This document shows, piece after piece, positions 15,185 through 25,209 of a stretch of DNA of 35,080 bases. Location of the stretch: the IMG/VR virus record IMGVR_UViG_3300017766_000039, positions 1 to 35,080 of that record. One strand, given 5' to 3'. A model generated the notes under the pieces. It had not been told where the DNA came from and searched no databases. It was given only the letters and a program-made list of their open reading frames with translations. A program made the position numbers and the translations under genes. Origin of the DNA: a virus (Duplodnaviria > Caudoviricetes). Numbering within the stretch: the stretch's first letter is position 1; every line of letters begins with the position of its first letter.

Positions 15185-16723
15185 ATGAGTTCTTTATCAG
15201 TCAACGACACAATCCGTCTAGCTGCTGAGGCTGACTTAGAGACCTTTATCAAGCTTGTCGCTCCTGAACAAGTTCTTGGTCAATGCCACTCTGAGTTGCT
15301 ACAATGGTGGACACGACAGGATTCTAAGACACACCAGCTTGTGTTGTTTCCTCGTGACCACCAAAAGTCTCGTATGGTTGCTTACCGAGTAGTTTGGGAA
15401 CTCACGAAGAACCCTACGCTACGTGTACTCTACATCTCTGCTACTGCTAACCTTGCAGAAAAGCAGCTAGGGTTCATGAAGGGTATCTTTACCTCTGAGA
15501 TTTATCGTCGTTATTGGCCTGAGCACGTTCATCCCGAAGAAGGTAAACGCTCTCGCTGGACGGCAAGTGAAATTGCGTTAGACCACCCCCTACGTAAGAA
15601 GGAGAATGTTCGTGACCCTAGTATCTTCACTGGTGGCCTCACTACTTCCCTTACTGGTATGCACTGCGACATTGCAGTACTTGACGATGTGGTTGTCTAC
15701 GAAAATGCGTACACTAACGAAGGTCGTGACAAAGTAAGAAGCCAGTATTCTCTCCTGTCGTCCATCGAAGGTGCAGAGGCTCGTGAGTGGGTCGTAGGGA
15801 CACGTTACCATCCTATTGATCTGTATAACGACCTGATGCAGATGGTTGAGGATCAGTACGACAAAGACGGTAGTAAGTCTGGTGAAGAGAATATCTACGA
15901 AGTCTTTGAACGTGCAGTAGAGGTTAATGGCGATGGTACGGGTGAGTTTCTGTGGCCCCGTCAGCAACGTAAAGATGGTAAGTGGTTTGGGTTCGACCAG
16001 CAGATTCTAGCCAAGAAGCGTGGGCAGTATCTTGATCGTGGTCAGTTCAGAGCACAGTATTACAACGACCCTACGGACCCAGATAACGTACCCGTAGGTT
16101 CAGACAAGTTTCAGTACTACGACAGAAAGCACCTACAGCTTAGTAACGGCTACTGGTACTACAAGACGCATCGACTGAACGTGTACTGTGCAGTAGACTT
16201 TGCGTTTAGCTTGAGTAAGAAGGCTGACTATACTGCAATGGTTGTCGTTGGGGTAGATAGTGAAAATAACGTCTACGTCTTAGATATTGACCGTTTCCGT
16301 ACCGACCGTATCTCTGAGTACTTTGAGCATATCCTACAACTAAGTAACAAGTGGTCGTTCCGCAAGATGCGGGCAGAAGTTACTGTAGCTCAGATGGCTA
16401 TCGTGAAGCAGCTTAAAGAGCTTATCAAACAACATGGTCTGTCGATCTCTATCGAAGAATACCGACCGAATAAGGGCAGCAAGGAAGAACGTATTGCAGC
16501 TATCCTAGAGCCTAGATACGACAACCTTTCTATCTGGCACTACCGTGGTGGGCACATTCAGACCTTGGAAGAAGAACTGTCCAGCCGTAACCCTAGTCAT
16601 GACGACGTTAAGGATGCTCTAGCTTCTGCTGTCGATATGGCTGTGAAACCATCGAAGAACGTCCAACGTAACGGTAGCAATAGCATCGTTTGGGCAGGTA
16701 ATCGCTTTAGAGGCAGTGCATAA
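15185..16723 (+). CDS. terL: Terminase large subunit
   Basis: ATPase motifs (FPRDHQKS, IAVLDD, VGTRYH) and nuclease motifs (AVDFAFS, HDDVKDA). Confidence 0.92.
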   Translation: MSSLSVNDTIRLAAEADLETFIKLVAPEQVLGQCHSELLQWWTRQDSKTHQLVLFPRDHQKSRMVAYRVVWELTKNPTLRVLYISATANLAEKQLGFMKGIFTSEIYRRYWPEHVHPEEGKRSRWTASEIALDHPLRKKENVRDPSIFTGGLTTSLTGMHCDIAVLDDVVVYENAYTNEGRDKVRSQYSLLSSIEGAEAREWVVGTRYHPIDLYNDLMQMVEDQYDKDGSKSGEENIYEVFERAVEVNGDGTGEFLWPRQQRKDGKWFGFDQQILAKKRGQYLDRGQFRAQYYNDPTDPDNVPVGSDKFQYYDRKHLQLSNGYWYYKTHRLNVYCAVDFAFSLSKKADYTAMVVVGVDSENNVYVLDIDRFRTDRISEYFEHILQLSNKWSFRKMRAEVTVAQMAIVKQLKELIKQHGLSISIEEYRPNKGSKEERIAAILEPRYDNLSIWHYRGGHIQTLEEELSSRNPSHDDVKDALASAVDMAVKPSKNVQRNGSNSIVWAGNRFRGSA

Positions 16724-18468
16724 TGGCCGGAACTACCATTGAACTTGAGCACCTGCTTAACCCTGACACTCTCGCCGTAGAGATTGCTAATCGTTGGGTT
16801 GAGTGGAGCAATCTGCGTGAGAAGTGGGTGACGGAAAAGAAAGAACTCCGTAACTACCTCTACGCTACGGACACTAAGACTACGGCTAATGCTGTTCTTC
16901 CTTGGTCGAACTCTACGACCACACCTAAGCTTACTCAGATCATGGATAACCTCCATGCGAACTACTTTGCTACGCTATTCCCTCAGCAAAAGTGGATGAA
17001 GTTTGAGCCTGCGGATAGCAAGAGCAACAAGAAGACCAAGATCGAAACCATCCAAGCTTACATGGAGAATAAGGTTCGTCAGTCTGACTTTGTGAATACT
17101 GCTTCCAACCTTCTCTACGACTGGATTCAATACGGCAATTGCTTTGCTACGGTTGCCTACGAGAACACCTACACTGAGAAGAAAGACGGCTCTATTTCTG
17201 TGTCGTATGAAGGGCCACGCTTGGTTCGTGTGTCTCCCTACGACATCGTATTTAACCCTACTGCCTCTGAGTTTTACAAGACCCCTAAGATCATCAAGAG
17301 CATCCTCACCCTTGGGGAAGTAAAACGGATGATCGACAAAGACCCGTCTAAGCGTCACTGGCAAGCTATTATCGACAAGATGATCTACAGCCGTGCAGCT
17401 ATTCGCTCGGGTGATTCTGCTTACAACAAGGCTGACGGTTTCATTGCGGATGGCTTCACGTCGATTCAGCAGTACTACGAATCAGACTACGTAGAGGTTC
17501 TCACGTTCTACGGTGACATCTACGACTACAACGACAACAAGCTCCACTCTGACCGTATCATTTCTGTCGTTGACCGTGCCTACGTTCTGGACAATGAAGA
17601 AAACCCTTCGTGGCTTGGTCACGCTCCTATCTTTATGGCAGGCTGGCGTCCTCGTCCTGATAACCTCTACGCTATGGGTCCGTTGGATAACCTCGTAGGG
17701 ATGCAGTATCGTATCGACCACCTTGAGAACCTTAAGGCAGACGTATTCGACCAGATCGCTTACCCTGTGATTAAGATTCGTGGTGACGTAGAGGACTTTG
17801 ACTTTGCTCCCGGTGCTCGTATTTACCTCGGTGAAGAAGGTGACGTAGGGTACTTGCAGCCTGACGCTACGGCCCTCCAAGCTGACCTCCAAATCCAACT
17901 CCTTGAGAACAAGATGGAGGAGATGGCTGGTGCTCCCCGTCAGGCCATGGGTATCCGTACTCCCGGTGAGAAGACTGCCTTTGAGGTCCAGAGCCTACAG
18001 AACTCTGCCTCGCGTATCTTCGAGCACAAGACTGCCCACTTCGAGCGTACCTTTCTTGAGCCTATCCTGAACGCTATGCTTGAGTGTGGTCGTAGGAATA
18101 TGTCTACTACTAATTCTCTGTCGATGGTTGACCCTAACACGGGCAACATGTTCTTCCGTGAGATTAGCAAAGAGGACATTATTGGTAGCGGCAAGATCAG
18201 TGCAATTGGTGCTCGTCACTTTGCTGAACGTGCTCGTCGTGTCCAGAACCTTTCGCAGTTGTACCAGCTTAAGCTTGCTGATCCTACCGTGTCTACTCAC
18301 CTGTCGGGTAAAGAGTTCGCACGTATCATGGCTGAGGAGCTTGGTGAACCTCGTCTGTTTGGTGATAACATCATGGTTACTGAACAACTTGAGACACAAC
18401 AAGCAGTCCAAGAAGCAGAGATGGCTAACCAAGAAGAGCTTATGATGGCTCAACAGATGGGTATGTAA
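16723..18468 (+). CDS. Portal protein
   Basis: 581 aa directly after terL; helical; GEKTAFEV motif; Gln-rich C-terminus. Confidence 0.88.
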   Translation: MAGTTIELEHLLNPDTLAVEIANRWVEWSNLREKWVTEKKELRNYLYATDTKTTANAVLPWSNSTTTPKLTQIMDNLHANYFATLFPQQKWMKFEPADSKSNKKTKIETIQAYMENKVRQSDFVNTASNLLYDWIQYGNCFATVAYENTYTEKKDGSISVSYEGPRLVRVSPYDIVFNPTASEFYKTPKIIKSILTLGEVKRMIDKDPSKRHWQAIIDKMIYSRAAIRSGDSAYNKADGFIADGFTSIQQYYESDYVEVLTFYGDIYDYNDNKLHSDRIISVVDRAYVLDNEENPSWLGHAPIFMAGWRPRPDNLYAMGPLDNLVGMQYRIDHLENLKADVFDQIAYPVIKIRGDVEDFDFAPGARIYLGEEGDVGYLQPDATALQADLQIQLLENKMEEMAGAPRQAMGIRTPGEKTAFEVQSLQNSASRIFEHKTAHFERTFLEPILNAMLECGRRNMSTTNSLSMVDPNTGNMFFREISKEDIIGSGKISAIGARHFAERARRVQNLSQLYQLKLADPTVSTHLSGKEFARIMAEELGEPRLFGDNIMVTEQLETQQAVQEAEMANQEELMMAQQMGM

Positions 18469-18707
18469 TGCAAGCTGTATGGCTTAAGGGTGTCAAAGCC
18501 GAAGATCGTGAACGACGCAAAGCAGAAGTCTTGTCGTACCGCAACGCCTTTGATGACCTTCGTGAAATTCTAGAGCGGAACTACCTTAAGAGGGAGTCTG
18601 TTCGGGATTATTCCCCCGGTTGGGAATACAAACAGATCGGAGTTAACGAGTATAACGCTGCGTTAGACGATCTACTCAACTTAATCGACCTTAACCACAA
18701 GGACTAA
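18468..18707 (+). CDS. Small head-assembly-region protein
   Basis: Between portal and scaffold; TAATG overlap. Confidence 0.75.
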   Translation: MQAVWLKGVKAEDRERRKAEVLSYRNAFDDLREILERNYLKRESVRDYSPGWEYKQIGVNEYNAALDDLLNLIDLNHKD

Positions 18708-18711
18708 CAAT

Positions 18712-19494
18712 TTGACAAACGTGTTCGACCAAGCTCAGCAACCAACTGGGCAGAGTCAAGAGGGCCAAGCACCACAGATGACTGCTGAACAACAGGAGTC
18801 CTATCTAGCTAAGCTCGTCGCCACTAAGGGAGAGAACTGGAAAGACCCTGAGGTTCTGGCTAAAGGCAAACTCGAAGCCGATGGCTACATTAAGAACCTA
18901 GAGGATCAACTCAAGCAGATGCGTGAGGATATCCAAAAACAGGACTATGCCAAGACCCTACTCGAAGAACTACAGAACAAGGCTACGTCGCCCACCAACG
19001 TGAAATCTGTAGTGGCCAATAACGACAATAAAGGTGGCACTGGAACTGATGGCAATACCCAGCCGCAAGTGAGTGAGGATACCCTAAAGAGCCTTGTTGA
19101 ACGAACCCTGACTGAACGTGACCGAGACAACACTGTTAAACAGAATCTCGCTTTTGTTGATCAGGAACTAGAGAAGACCTACGGTACTGAGGCTCCTGCC
19201 GTTGTCCAGAAGAAAGCTCAAGAACTTGGCTTGACTGTGCAGCGTCTACAGGAACTAGCGTCTGAGTCCCCTAACGCCTTCTTTAACCTTATTGGTGAAC
19301 CCAAGAAACCCTTCCAGCCTATCGTGCAAGGTTCGGTTCGCACAGAAGGTGTCAACATGCAATCCTCGTCGGAGCGTAATTTCGATTACTACCAAAAGCT
19401 TCGTCGTGAAAATAAATCCCTCTACTATACCCCCAAGGTTCAACGAGAAATGATGGCTGATGCTACTCGTCTTGGTGGAAAGTGGAAACCCTAA
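18712..19494 (+). CDS. Capsid scaffolding protein
   Basis: Acidic coiled-coil protein directly before the capsid gene; TTG start with AAGGA SD. Confidence 0.8.
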   Translation: MTNVFDQAQQPTGQSQEGQAPQMTAEQQESYLAKLVATKGENWKDPEVLAKGKLEADGYIKNLEDQLKQMREDIQKQDYAKTLLEELQNKATSPTNVKSVVANNDNKGGTGTDGNTQPQVSEDTLKSLVERTLTERDRDNTVKQNLAFVDQELEKTYGTEAPAVVQKKAQELGLTVQRLQELASESPNAFFNLIGEPKKPFQPIVQGSVRTEGVNMQSSSERNFDYYQKLRRENKSLYYTPKVQREMMADATRLGGKWKP

Positions 19495-19509
19495 TAGGAG
19501 AAGACTAAA

Positions 19510-20478
19510 ATGGCTATGACTACTGCCAATATGAGTCTCCTTACTCGCTCGGAAGTTTGGTCGGCTGAGCTTAAGGAGATTCTGCGTGACGAAATGATGG
19601 CACAACGCTACGTGCGTATGCTTGAAGGTTTCCCTGACGGTGACCAGTTCACCATCCCGTCGATTGGTCAGGCTCAGGTTGACAACTATGCGGAAGATAC
19701 CGCTGTCGTCTACCGCCCGATGGACACTGGTGAGTTCACTTTCACCATCGACAAGTACCTGTCGTCCGCTTCGTACATCACCAAGAAAGCTGAGCAGGAT
19801 TCGTACTACTCGGCAGAACTGATGTCGCGCTTCGTGCCGGAACAAGAGCGGGCTATCATGGCTCACTTCGAAGCCACCACGTTTGCTGCCCCGGAAGCTG
19901 GTGTGTCGGCTAACTCGGAAGCTGCTATTGATGGCGTTGGCCACCGTTGGGCAGGTTCGGGTACTGGTGCTGTGATCGCAGTTGCTGACTTTGCTCGTGC
20001 TCGTTACGCCCTCAAGAAGGCTAACGTGCCGGACACCAACCTGATTGCTGTCGTTGACCCCTCGGTCGAATACACGATCAACACCCTGACCAACCTCGTG
20101 TCGGTCTCGGACAACCCCCGTTGGGAAGGCGTTGTTGCCGATGGTATCGCCACTGGTATGCGCTTTGTGAAGAACGTCTACGGCTTTGACGTTTACACCT
20201 CGAACTACCTTGCTACCGCAACCGACTCGGCCCTGACCAACAAGGCTGCTTCGCCGGGTAACGTGGACTTCGGTACCAACAACGGCAAAGTTAACCTGTT
20301 CTTCTCGGCTGCTGCTACTGCTCAGGCTTTTGTCGGTGCATGGCGTCAGATGCCGGAAGTGGACTACGAGTACAATAAAGACTTCCAGCGTCACGAGTAT
20401 GTTACGACTTCTCGTTACGGTGTTAAGCTGTACCGTCCCGAGAACATGGTTCGTGTCATCACGAAAACCAACGTGTAA
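19510..20478 (+). CDS. Major capsid protein
   Basis: 322 aa after the scaffold; EVWSAEL, GDQFTIPSIG, C-terminal YGVKLYRPE; strongly biased codons; AGGAG SD. Confidence 0.9.
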   Translation: MAMTTANMSLLTRSEVWSAELKEILRDEMMAQRYVRMLEGFPDGDQFTIPSIGQAQVDNYAEDTAVVYRPMDTGEFTFTIDKYLSSASYITKKAEQDSYYSAELMSRFVPEQERAIMAHFEATTFAAPEAGVSANSEAAIDGVGHRWAGSGTGAVIAVADFARARYALKKANVPDTNLIAVVDPSVEYTINTLTNLVSVSDNPRWEGVVADGIATGMRFVKNVYGFDVYTSNYLATATDSALTNKAASPGNVDFGTNNGKVNLFFSAAATAQAFVGAWRQMPEVDYEYNKDFQRHEYVTTSRYGVKLYRPENMVRVITKTNV

Positions 20479-20494
20479 TTAGGAGGGATAACTC

Positions 20495-20980
20495 ATGTCT
20501 TACACTAACGCTGACGGACTTTTTGTCCTCACCGATGGCGCTCAGGGCGCTGTTAACGACGAAGGCGTCACCGCACGTGGTGTACGTCAGGTCATCACCA
20601 AGAAGCTGTCGTTGGCTGCTCTGGGTTCCTCGTTTGGTTCCTCGAACATCGACCCGCTGGAAGCTATGATCCCGGCTGGTGCCATCATCGTGAACGCCGA
20701 TCTGGTTATCACTGATGCAGCTACCTCTGGTGGTTCGGCTACGCTGACCATTGGTACCTACAACGCTGCTGGCACCGCTGTGGATGCTGACGGTATTGAT
20801 GCTGCTATCGCTCTGACTGCTATCGACGCAGACGGTGACGTGGTGCAGTGTGACGGTGCTCAGGTGTCTGGTGTCGTTACCGTGGGTTCGGCCCCGGTCT
20901 ACATTGGCGCTCTGTACGGTACGGCTGCGTTCACCGCTGGCTCGGCTGTGCTGATCGTCGAGTACATCAAGGTCGAGTAA
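20495..20980 (+). CDS. Capsid decoration/minor structural protein
   Basis: Directly after the MCP, high-expression codon bias, Ala/Gly/Val-rich beta composition, AGGAGG SD. Confidence 0.7.
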   Translation: MSYTNADGLFVLTDGAQGAVNDEGVTARGVRQVITKKLSLAALGSSFGSSNIDPLEAMIPAGAIIVNADLVITDAATSGGSATLTIGTYNAAGTAVDADGIDAAIALTAIDADGDVVQCDGAQVSGVVTVGSAPVYIGALYGTAAFTAGSAVLIVEYIKVE

Positions 20981-20991
20981 TCTTGACTCTA

Positions 20992-21030
20992 GGGGTGTTG
21001 CTTAAGTGTGACACCCCACACTCTTCTTAT
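20992..21030 (+). terminator. Stem-loop after the capsid genes (probable terminator)
   Basis: GGGGTGTTGC-TTAAGT-GTGACACCCC hairpin followed by an imperfect pyrimidine tract. Confidence 0.55.
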
Positions 21031-21048
21031 GGTTTGTTACGAACATAG

Positions 21049-21076
21049 TTGACAAACTCTAAAAACAGTGTATAAT
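21049..21076 (+). promoter_or_regulatory. sigma70 promoter for tail and internal virion genes
   Basis: TTGACA-16 bp-TATAAT. Confidence 0.75.
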
Positions 21077-21183
21077 AAGCTTAAGCTGCCACCCGATGGA
21101 TATATACTATATCTCTATAAGCTATGGCACCTAACGTAGGGTTCAGATACCCTAGAGATAAACTGATCTAAGGACTCCCTAGT

Positions 21184-21747
21184 ATGGCTAACGTCAACCA
21201 TAATACCCTTACCGATCCTTACCTCCATGAACCCAAGGGTGCCTCTACGGCTCTCGCTGGCCAAATCTACGTAGCCGATGGTGCAGGGTCGGGAGACTGG
21301 GTAGAGAATAGTCGTATCTTCGGTGGGTACCTCACGTTCTCTACTGGCTCCCCTTACGCACATTCCGTTACTACCTCTAATACTGTGATTAATCCGTCGT
21401 TCACCGCATCGACAAACAATGGCTTCACTGGTCTGTCGTCCCCTAACGCTCGTGTGCGTTATGATGGCACTGAAACCATTAATGCGTCTATCGACGGTAT
21501 CTTCTCCATTGAGCAAAACTCTGGAACCTCTAAAGACGTAGAGATGGCCATTTACAAGAATGGTGTTGAACTTACTGGTAGTCGAATGATTATGTCGTCG
21601 TTTACTGGGGAGTGGCATACCTTTGCTCTCAAGTTCAATACTACCCTAGGGACTAACGATTACATCGAAGTGTTTATCAAGGCAAATGCTTCTACTACTG
21701 TTAACTTCGCTTCTGGCTACCTCCGCATCTTTGGGATTGCAGCATAA
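21184..21747 (+). CDS. Virion structural protein (head/tail fibre-like)
   Basis: N-terminal HxxLTDPxLHEPKG motif, GQIYVADGAGSG.W, beta-sandwich-like C-terminus. Confidence 0.7.
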   Translation: MANVNHNTLTDPYLHEPKGASTALAGQIYVADGAGSGDWVENSRIFGGYLTFSTGSPYAHSVTTSNTVINPSFTASTNNGFTGLSSPNARVRYDGTETINASIDGIFSIEQNSGTSKDVEMAIYKNGVELTGSRMIMSSFTGEWHTFALKFNTTLGTNDYIEVFIKANASTTVNFASGYLRIFGIAA

Positions 21748-22484
21748 TGAAGAAGACACTCCTAGAGCTAGTAACGTCTATCCTCTCGGATATGGACTCT
21801 GAGGCTGTAAACTCTATCAGCGATACCGTAGAGGCTCAGCAGATTGCGTCTGTGATTGAGGACACCTACTACAACATCATTGCTGCTCGTAACATTCCTG
21901 AGCACCAGCAACTCCTCAAACTTACTTCTCTGTCGTCCTCTACGCGACCCACCCATTTCCAGTACCCTACGAATACCCGTGACATTGTTGATCTGTCGTA
22001 TAACATTGATACACAGAGTGGCGTTAACTACCAAGAGATTCACTTCGTTGAGCCGCTAGAGTTCCTCAAGCGTATGCCTCACAACAACCCATCGAATACG
22101 TTGATTGTCCCTGATGCTAACGCTAACACTTCGTTGGTTGTGTTTGACGACAGGATGCCTACCTACTACACGTCGTTTGATGATCTCCACATTGTTATGA
22201 ACGCCTACGATAGCTCCGTAGAGTCGATCCTACAGGCATCTAAGACTCGGGCCTATGGTACGGTATACCCAAGCTTTACCATCGCTGACAGCTTCGTTCC
22301 TGACCTTGACGACACAATGATGCCCTTCCTTCTGGCTGAGGCTAAGTCTACTTGCTTCTCGTTGTTCAAGAGCGGCAGTGATCCTAAGATTGAACAGGCT
22401 GCTCGTCGTTTGAAATCCTATGTTCAGAATGACATGTATCGGACTAAACGACCTAACGTAAGAAACCACTACGGCAGGAACTAA
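21747..22484 (+). CDS. Tail adaptor / tail tubular protein A
   Basis: MKKTLLELVTSILSDMDSEAVNSISDT N-terminus typical of T7 gp11-like adaptors; synteny. Confidence 0.78.
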   Translation: MKKTLLELVTSILSDMDSEAVNSISDTVEAQQIASVIEDTYYNIIAARNIPEHQQLLKLTSLSSSTRPTHFQYPTNTRDIVDLSYNIDTQSGVNYQEIHFVEPLEFLKRMPHNNPSNTLIVPDANANTSLVVFDDRMPTYYTSFDDLHIVMNAYDSSVESILQASKTRAYGTVYPSFTIADSFVPDLDDTMMPFLLAEAKSTCFSLFKSGSDPKIEQAARRLKSYVQNDMYRTKRPNVRNHYGRN

Positions 22485-22798
22485 TGATTGTAGAGTTTGA
22501 AGAATACCCCGACAAACAAATCTGTATCTGTCGTTGCCCAGAGAAAATGGTACAGGCTCTGACAATCAAGAAAGATCGTAGCGGATACATCTTCTTTGAC
22601 ATTGTACCAGACCAAGGGCCGACACCAGCCGAGTTGAGTGGTAAGTATTCTTCCATCCCAAAGGCTAAAGAAGCTGTCGAGTTCTACCTGCGGAACAAGA
22701 AAGAAACTATCGCTGCTCGTAGAGAAAACTTCGCTAGAGAACGAGAAGAACGGAAAGCCTTAAAAGATGTCCCAAAGTCTGTCTCAGAAAGCAGTTAA
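22484..22798 (+). CDS. Hypothetical protein
   Basis: ORF track; GPTPAELSGKYSS motif; coupled overlaps. Confidence 0.7.
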   Translation: MIVEFEEYPDKQICICRCPEKMVQALTIKKDRSGYIFFDIVPDQGPTPAELSGKYSSIPKAKEAVEFYLRNKKETIAARRENFAREREERKALKDVPKSVSESS

Positions 22799-24923
22799 CA
22801 CCTTTGTAAAGGGTTTGATTACCGAGTCTGGTGAGCTTACGTTCCCTGCTGATGCTTCTGTAGACGAGCTTAACTGTGACCTCCGTAGGGATGGCTCACG
22901 TCGTCGTAGGCTTGCAGCTAAGGCAGAAGAGAGCAGAGTTCTTTCGTCGTTTACTGTAAGCACCTCTACGCTGTTTAACAACGGCTCTTGGGATAACGTA
23001 GGTGGCCAATCAGGTCTTGAGTTTCTTGTGCTCCAGACAGGTTCTACTCTACGTTTCTACAACAAGTCTGACCTCCCCTATTCGTCCCACGAGATTACCC
23101 AGACTGTCAACCTTGCTACCTACGAAGTAGCTGGTGGCGTAGGTGCAGCTAACGCTAACTGCCAGTTTGCCTCTATCAATGGCGCTCTTGTCGTTTCCTC
23201 CCCTGCTATCAACACGATCTACATTCAGCGTAATAACACTACTGGCGCTCTGACAACGACACAGATTAGCTTCCGTATTCGTGACTTTGAATGGTTGGGT
23301 GACAAGAGCACCTACACGACAGAGATTGCTACAGGTTCAGCGTCTACTGCCCGTAAGTACGATACTGCTAACGCTGGCTGGTCGGGTACTAAAGGCTCTG
23401 CTGCCCTTTCTGCCTACGGTGCCTATCCTCCCCTGACCCTTCCGTGGTATGCAGGTAAGGATGATAACGGGGACTTCTCCAAGACTGAGTGGCAGAAAAT
23501 TTTCTCTGGTACCAGCCTCATTGGTAACGGCACCTACATCCTTAACTTCTTCAACAAGGACCGTAGTACAGCCTCTGGTATTGCAGGTATCTCAGCAGAC
23601 ATTGAGACCTCACGCTTCAAGGCTGTCGAAGCTTTTGCTGGTCGTATCTTCTACGCAGGTCTTGAGAGTGCTAAGAACTCTGGTGTTATCCTCTTCTCCC
23701 GTCAGATTGAGACGTTGAGTGAGCTTGGGGATTGCTTCCAAGTTAACGACCCCACCTCAGAAGATATCTCTGATCTCTTGGACACTGACGGTGGTCTGGT
23801 TCGTATTCCCGATGCAGTGAACATCAAGTACCTCTACTCCTTTGGTGCTACACTCTTCATCTTCGCGGATAACGGTGTCTGGTCCATTAATGGTGTCGAT
23901 AACGTCTTCCGTGCAACTGAGTACTCTCTGCGTCGTGTGTCGTATACTGGGATGCTCACGGCTGAATCTTTTGCTGAGGCAGAGGGTGTTCCGTTCTGGT
24001 GGTCCAAGACGGGTATCCATACCTTGCAGTTTGATGAGGTGAGTGGTAACCCTACTGAACAGAATATCAGCCTGACGACAATCCAGACCTTCTGGGATGA
24101 CATTGGTTCTAATGCTCGTTCACTCGTTAAGGCTACCTACGACAGACTTAACAAAAAGATTTACTGGGCTTACCCTAACACTAACGAGCCTAACGTAAAC
24201 AAGCTCAACAACTTCCTGATCCTTGATATCCCCTTGGGAGCCTTCTACCCTTGGAAGATAGCTGACGAGGCATCCTCTACGGATTACGTCATGGGCCTTG
24301 CGATTTACTCAGGCTACGGCTCAGACGAGCTTGTTCTTGACGTAGTGCTCCCCACTGGCGATGATGTCGTTCAGGGGTCAGATGATGTCGTTTCTACGCA
24401 GTTCTCGGACTTTGCTACGGGTAACCCTGCCATTGTGCTTCTGATCCGTGATGGGGCTACTGGTAAACTCACCATGGGTACCTTCTCTGGCAAAGACTTC
24501 CTCGACTGGGGGTCTACTAACTATTCGTCGTTTGCTGAGGCAGGATATGATTTCATCAGTGATCTTATTCGACAGAAGAACTCCCCTTACATCGTGACCT
24601 ACATGCGGGTTACTGAGGAGGGTTGGACTTCTACTGTTTCTGGTTACGAACCTATCCGCCCCTCGGGTCTCCTTGTGTCGTCCTATTGGGATTTCAGTAC
24701 GACAGCATCTAGCGTAGCGCAACAAGCCTATCGTTACAAGCAAACCCCTATCGTTAACCCCGGCGACTTGACAGAGTTCAACTACCCAGATACTGTTATC
24801 TCTAGCCGCCTTAAGCTCCGTGGTCGTGGTCGTTCAGTTCGCCTACGCTTTGACAGTGAGCAAGGCAAAGACTTCGTTCTGCTCGGGTATGGTGTAGTTA
24901 ATGCAGTCAACCAACGCTTCTAA
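22767..24923 (+). CDS. Tail nozzle / tail tubular protein B
   Basis: 718 aa beta-propeller-like protein; NTFVKGLITE start, RRRRL, C-terminal LRGRGRSVRLRF; synteny. Confidence 0.8.
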   Translation: MSQSLSQKAVNTFVKGLITESGELTFPADASVDELNCDLRRDGSRRRRLAAKAEESRVLSSFTVSTSTLFNNGSWDNVGGQSGLEFLVLQTGSTLRFYNKSDLPYSSHEITQTVNLATYEVAGGVGAANANCQFASINGALVVSSPAINTIYIQRNNTTGALTTTQISFRIRDFEWLGDKSTYTTEIATGSASTARKYDTANAGWSGTKGSAALSAYGAYPPLTLPWYAGKDDNGDFSKTEWQKIFSGTSLIGNGTYILNFFNKDRSTASGIAGISADIETSRFKAVEAFAGRIFYAGLESAKNSGVILFSRQIETLSELGDCFQVNDPTSEDISDLLDTDGGLVRIPDAVNIKYLYSFGATLFIFADNGVWSINGVDNVFRATEYSLRRVSYTGMLTAESFAEAEGVPFWWSKTGIHTLQFDEVSGNPTEQNISLTTIQTFWDDIGSNARSLVKATYDRLNKKIYWAYPNTNEPNVNKLNNFLILDIPLGAFYPWKIADEASSTDYVMGLAIYSGYGSDELVLDVVLPTGDDVVQGSDDVVSTQFSDFATGNPAIVLLIRDGATGKLTMGTFSGKDFLDWGSTNYSSFAEAGYDFISDLIRQKNSPYIVTYMRVTEEGWTSTVSGYEPIRPSGLLVSSYWDFSTTASSVAQQAYRYKQTPIVNPGDLTEFNYPDTVISSRLKLRGRGRSVRLRFDSEQGKDFVLLGYGVVNAVNQRF

Positions 24924-25206
24924 GAACCTACTCGTCAAGGCAGACGGATACGTTTTTAGACTAGAGTACAATGAAGAATATGTTATCGTTCACCTCAGGG
25001 AAATAGACAAGTTCACTAAAGAAGTCTTTCAGGACATGCTTATGCAACTTGAAGACTGGTCACACTTCCTGAAAGCTATGGGCCATACCCACGTTTGGGC
25101 TGCTGTCCCTAAAGACAACATCAAGATCAAAAGGCTTTTACACGGCTTGAAGTTCAAGTTTGTAAGCCACAAAGAAGACCTTAGCGTCTACTTATACGAG
25201 GTATAG
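24901..25206 (+). CDS. Putative GNAT-like protein (T7 gp13 position)
   Basis: VWAAVPKDNIKIKRLLHGLKF resembles a GNAT C-terminal motif; sits between nozzle and ejection proteins. Confidence 0.55.
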   Translation: MQSTNASKNLLVKADGYVFRLEYNEEYVIVHLREIDKFTKEVFQDMLMQLEDWSHFLKAMGHTHVWAAVPKDNIKIKRLLHGLKFKFVSHKEDLSVYLYEV

Positions 25207-25209
25207 AAA

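Noticed and set aside
20440-20495. Programmed frameshift or readthrough fusing the capsid to the downstream protein
   Set aside because: No convincing slippery heptamer; the downstream gene has its own strong AGGAGG SD.
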